Source: Raillietiella orientalis (taxonomy: Eukaryota). From it: a DNA stretch of 64,000 nt. Under the pieces are notes generated by a model that saw only the letters and a program-made list of their open reading frames with translations, searched no databases and had not been told where the DNA came from. Positions within the stretch are counted from its first letter, which is position 1; every line of letters starts with the position of its first letter. Shown here one piece after another: positions 63,810 through 64,000 of this stretch. Where the stretch lies: assembly GCA_036172245.1 (NCBI GenBank), contig JAYWIR010000027.1, forward strand, positions 1,922,001 through 1,986,000, in the 5' to 3' direction. The position numbers and the translations under genes were made by a program.

Positions 63810-64000
63810 CTGCGGGAAGGACGGAATGTCGTGTTGGAAACGACGGGATAGTCCTCCCCTTCAGGGACTATCCCCCCTTCCTCCCTTCCTTGCATTCTCA
63901 CGCCGCACCGCGCGCGCCGGCACAGGGAAGAGCAGGTTTTGAGAATCCCTTTCGGGGGTTGGCGAAATCTAGCGAGGGTCCCAGGGGGGGAGGACCGAGC

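Noticed and set aside
1..64000. CRISPR arrays, tRNA/rRNA genes, operons, LTR pairs or DNA-transposon TIRs
   Set aside because: None seen by eye; the sequence is eukaryotic with spliceosomal introns. A tRNAscan/Rfam run would be needed to exclude small RNAs formally.

Overview
GC-rich eukaryotic (most likely arthropod-type invertebrate) genomic DNA with two intron-rich genes on the minus strand. (1) A puratrophin-1/PLEKHG4-ARHGEF40-family RhoGEF: 20 exons at 5963-11635 that I spliced by hand into one open frame of 1340 codons, plus a probable upstream exon at ~13675-13872; the start codon was not found. (2) The 3' part of a membrane adenylyl cyclase: 13 exons at 54817-63809, 774 codons, with the 5' end outside the window. 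Much of the apparent intergenic and intronic ORF noise is decayed L1/Tx1-clade non-LTR retrotransposon sequence: about a dozen fragments, mostly minus strand, forming a head-to-tail array at ~33.8-54.8 kb with an inverted block at 40.1-42.6 kb. Smaller oddities include a 37-nt intron, a decayed copy of the catalytic AC exon in the next intron, twin hairpins, paired MEF2-like boxes and several RFX X-box-like motifs. No prokaryotic features, RNA genes or CRISPR arrays were seen. I cannot claim a new biological system. TE calls are eye-matched motif similarities with approximate boundaries and need HMM confirmation.
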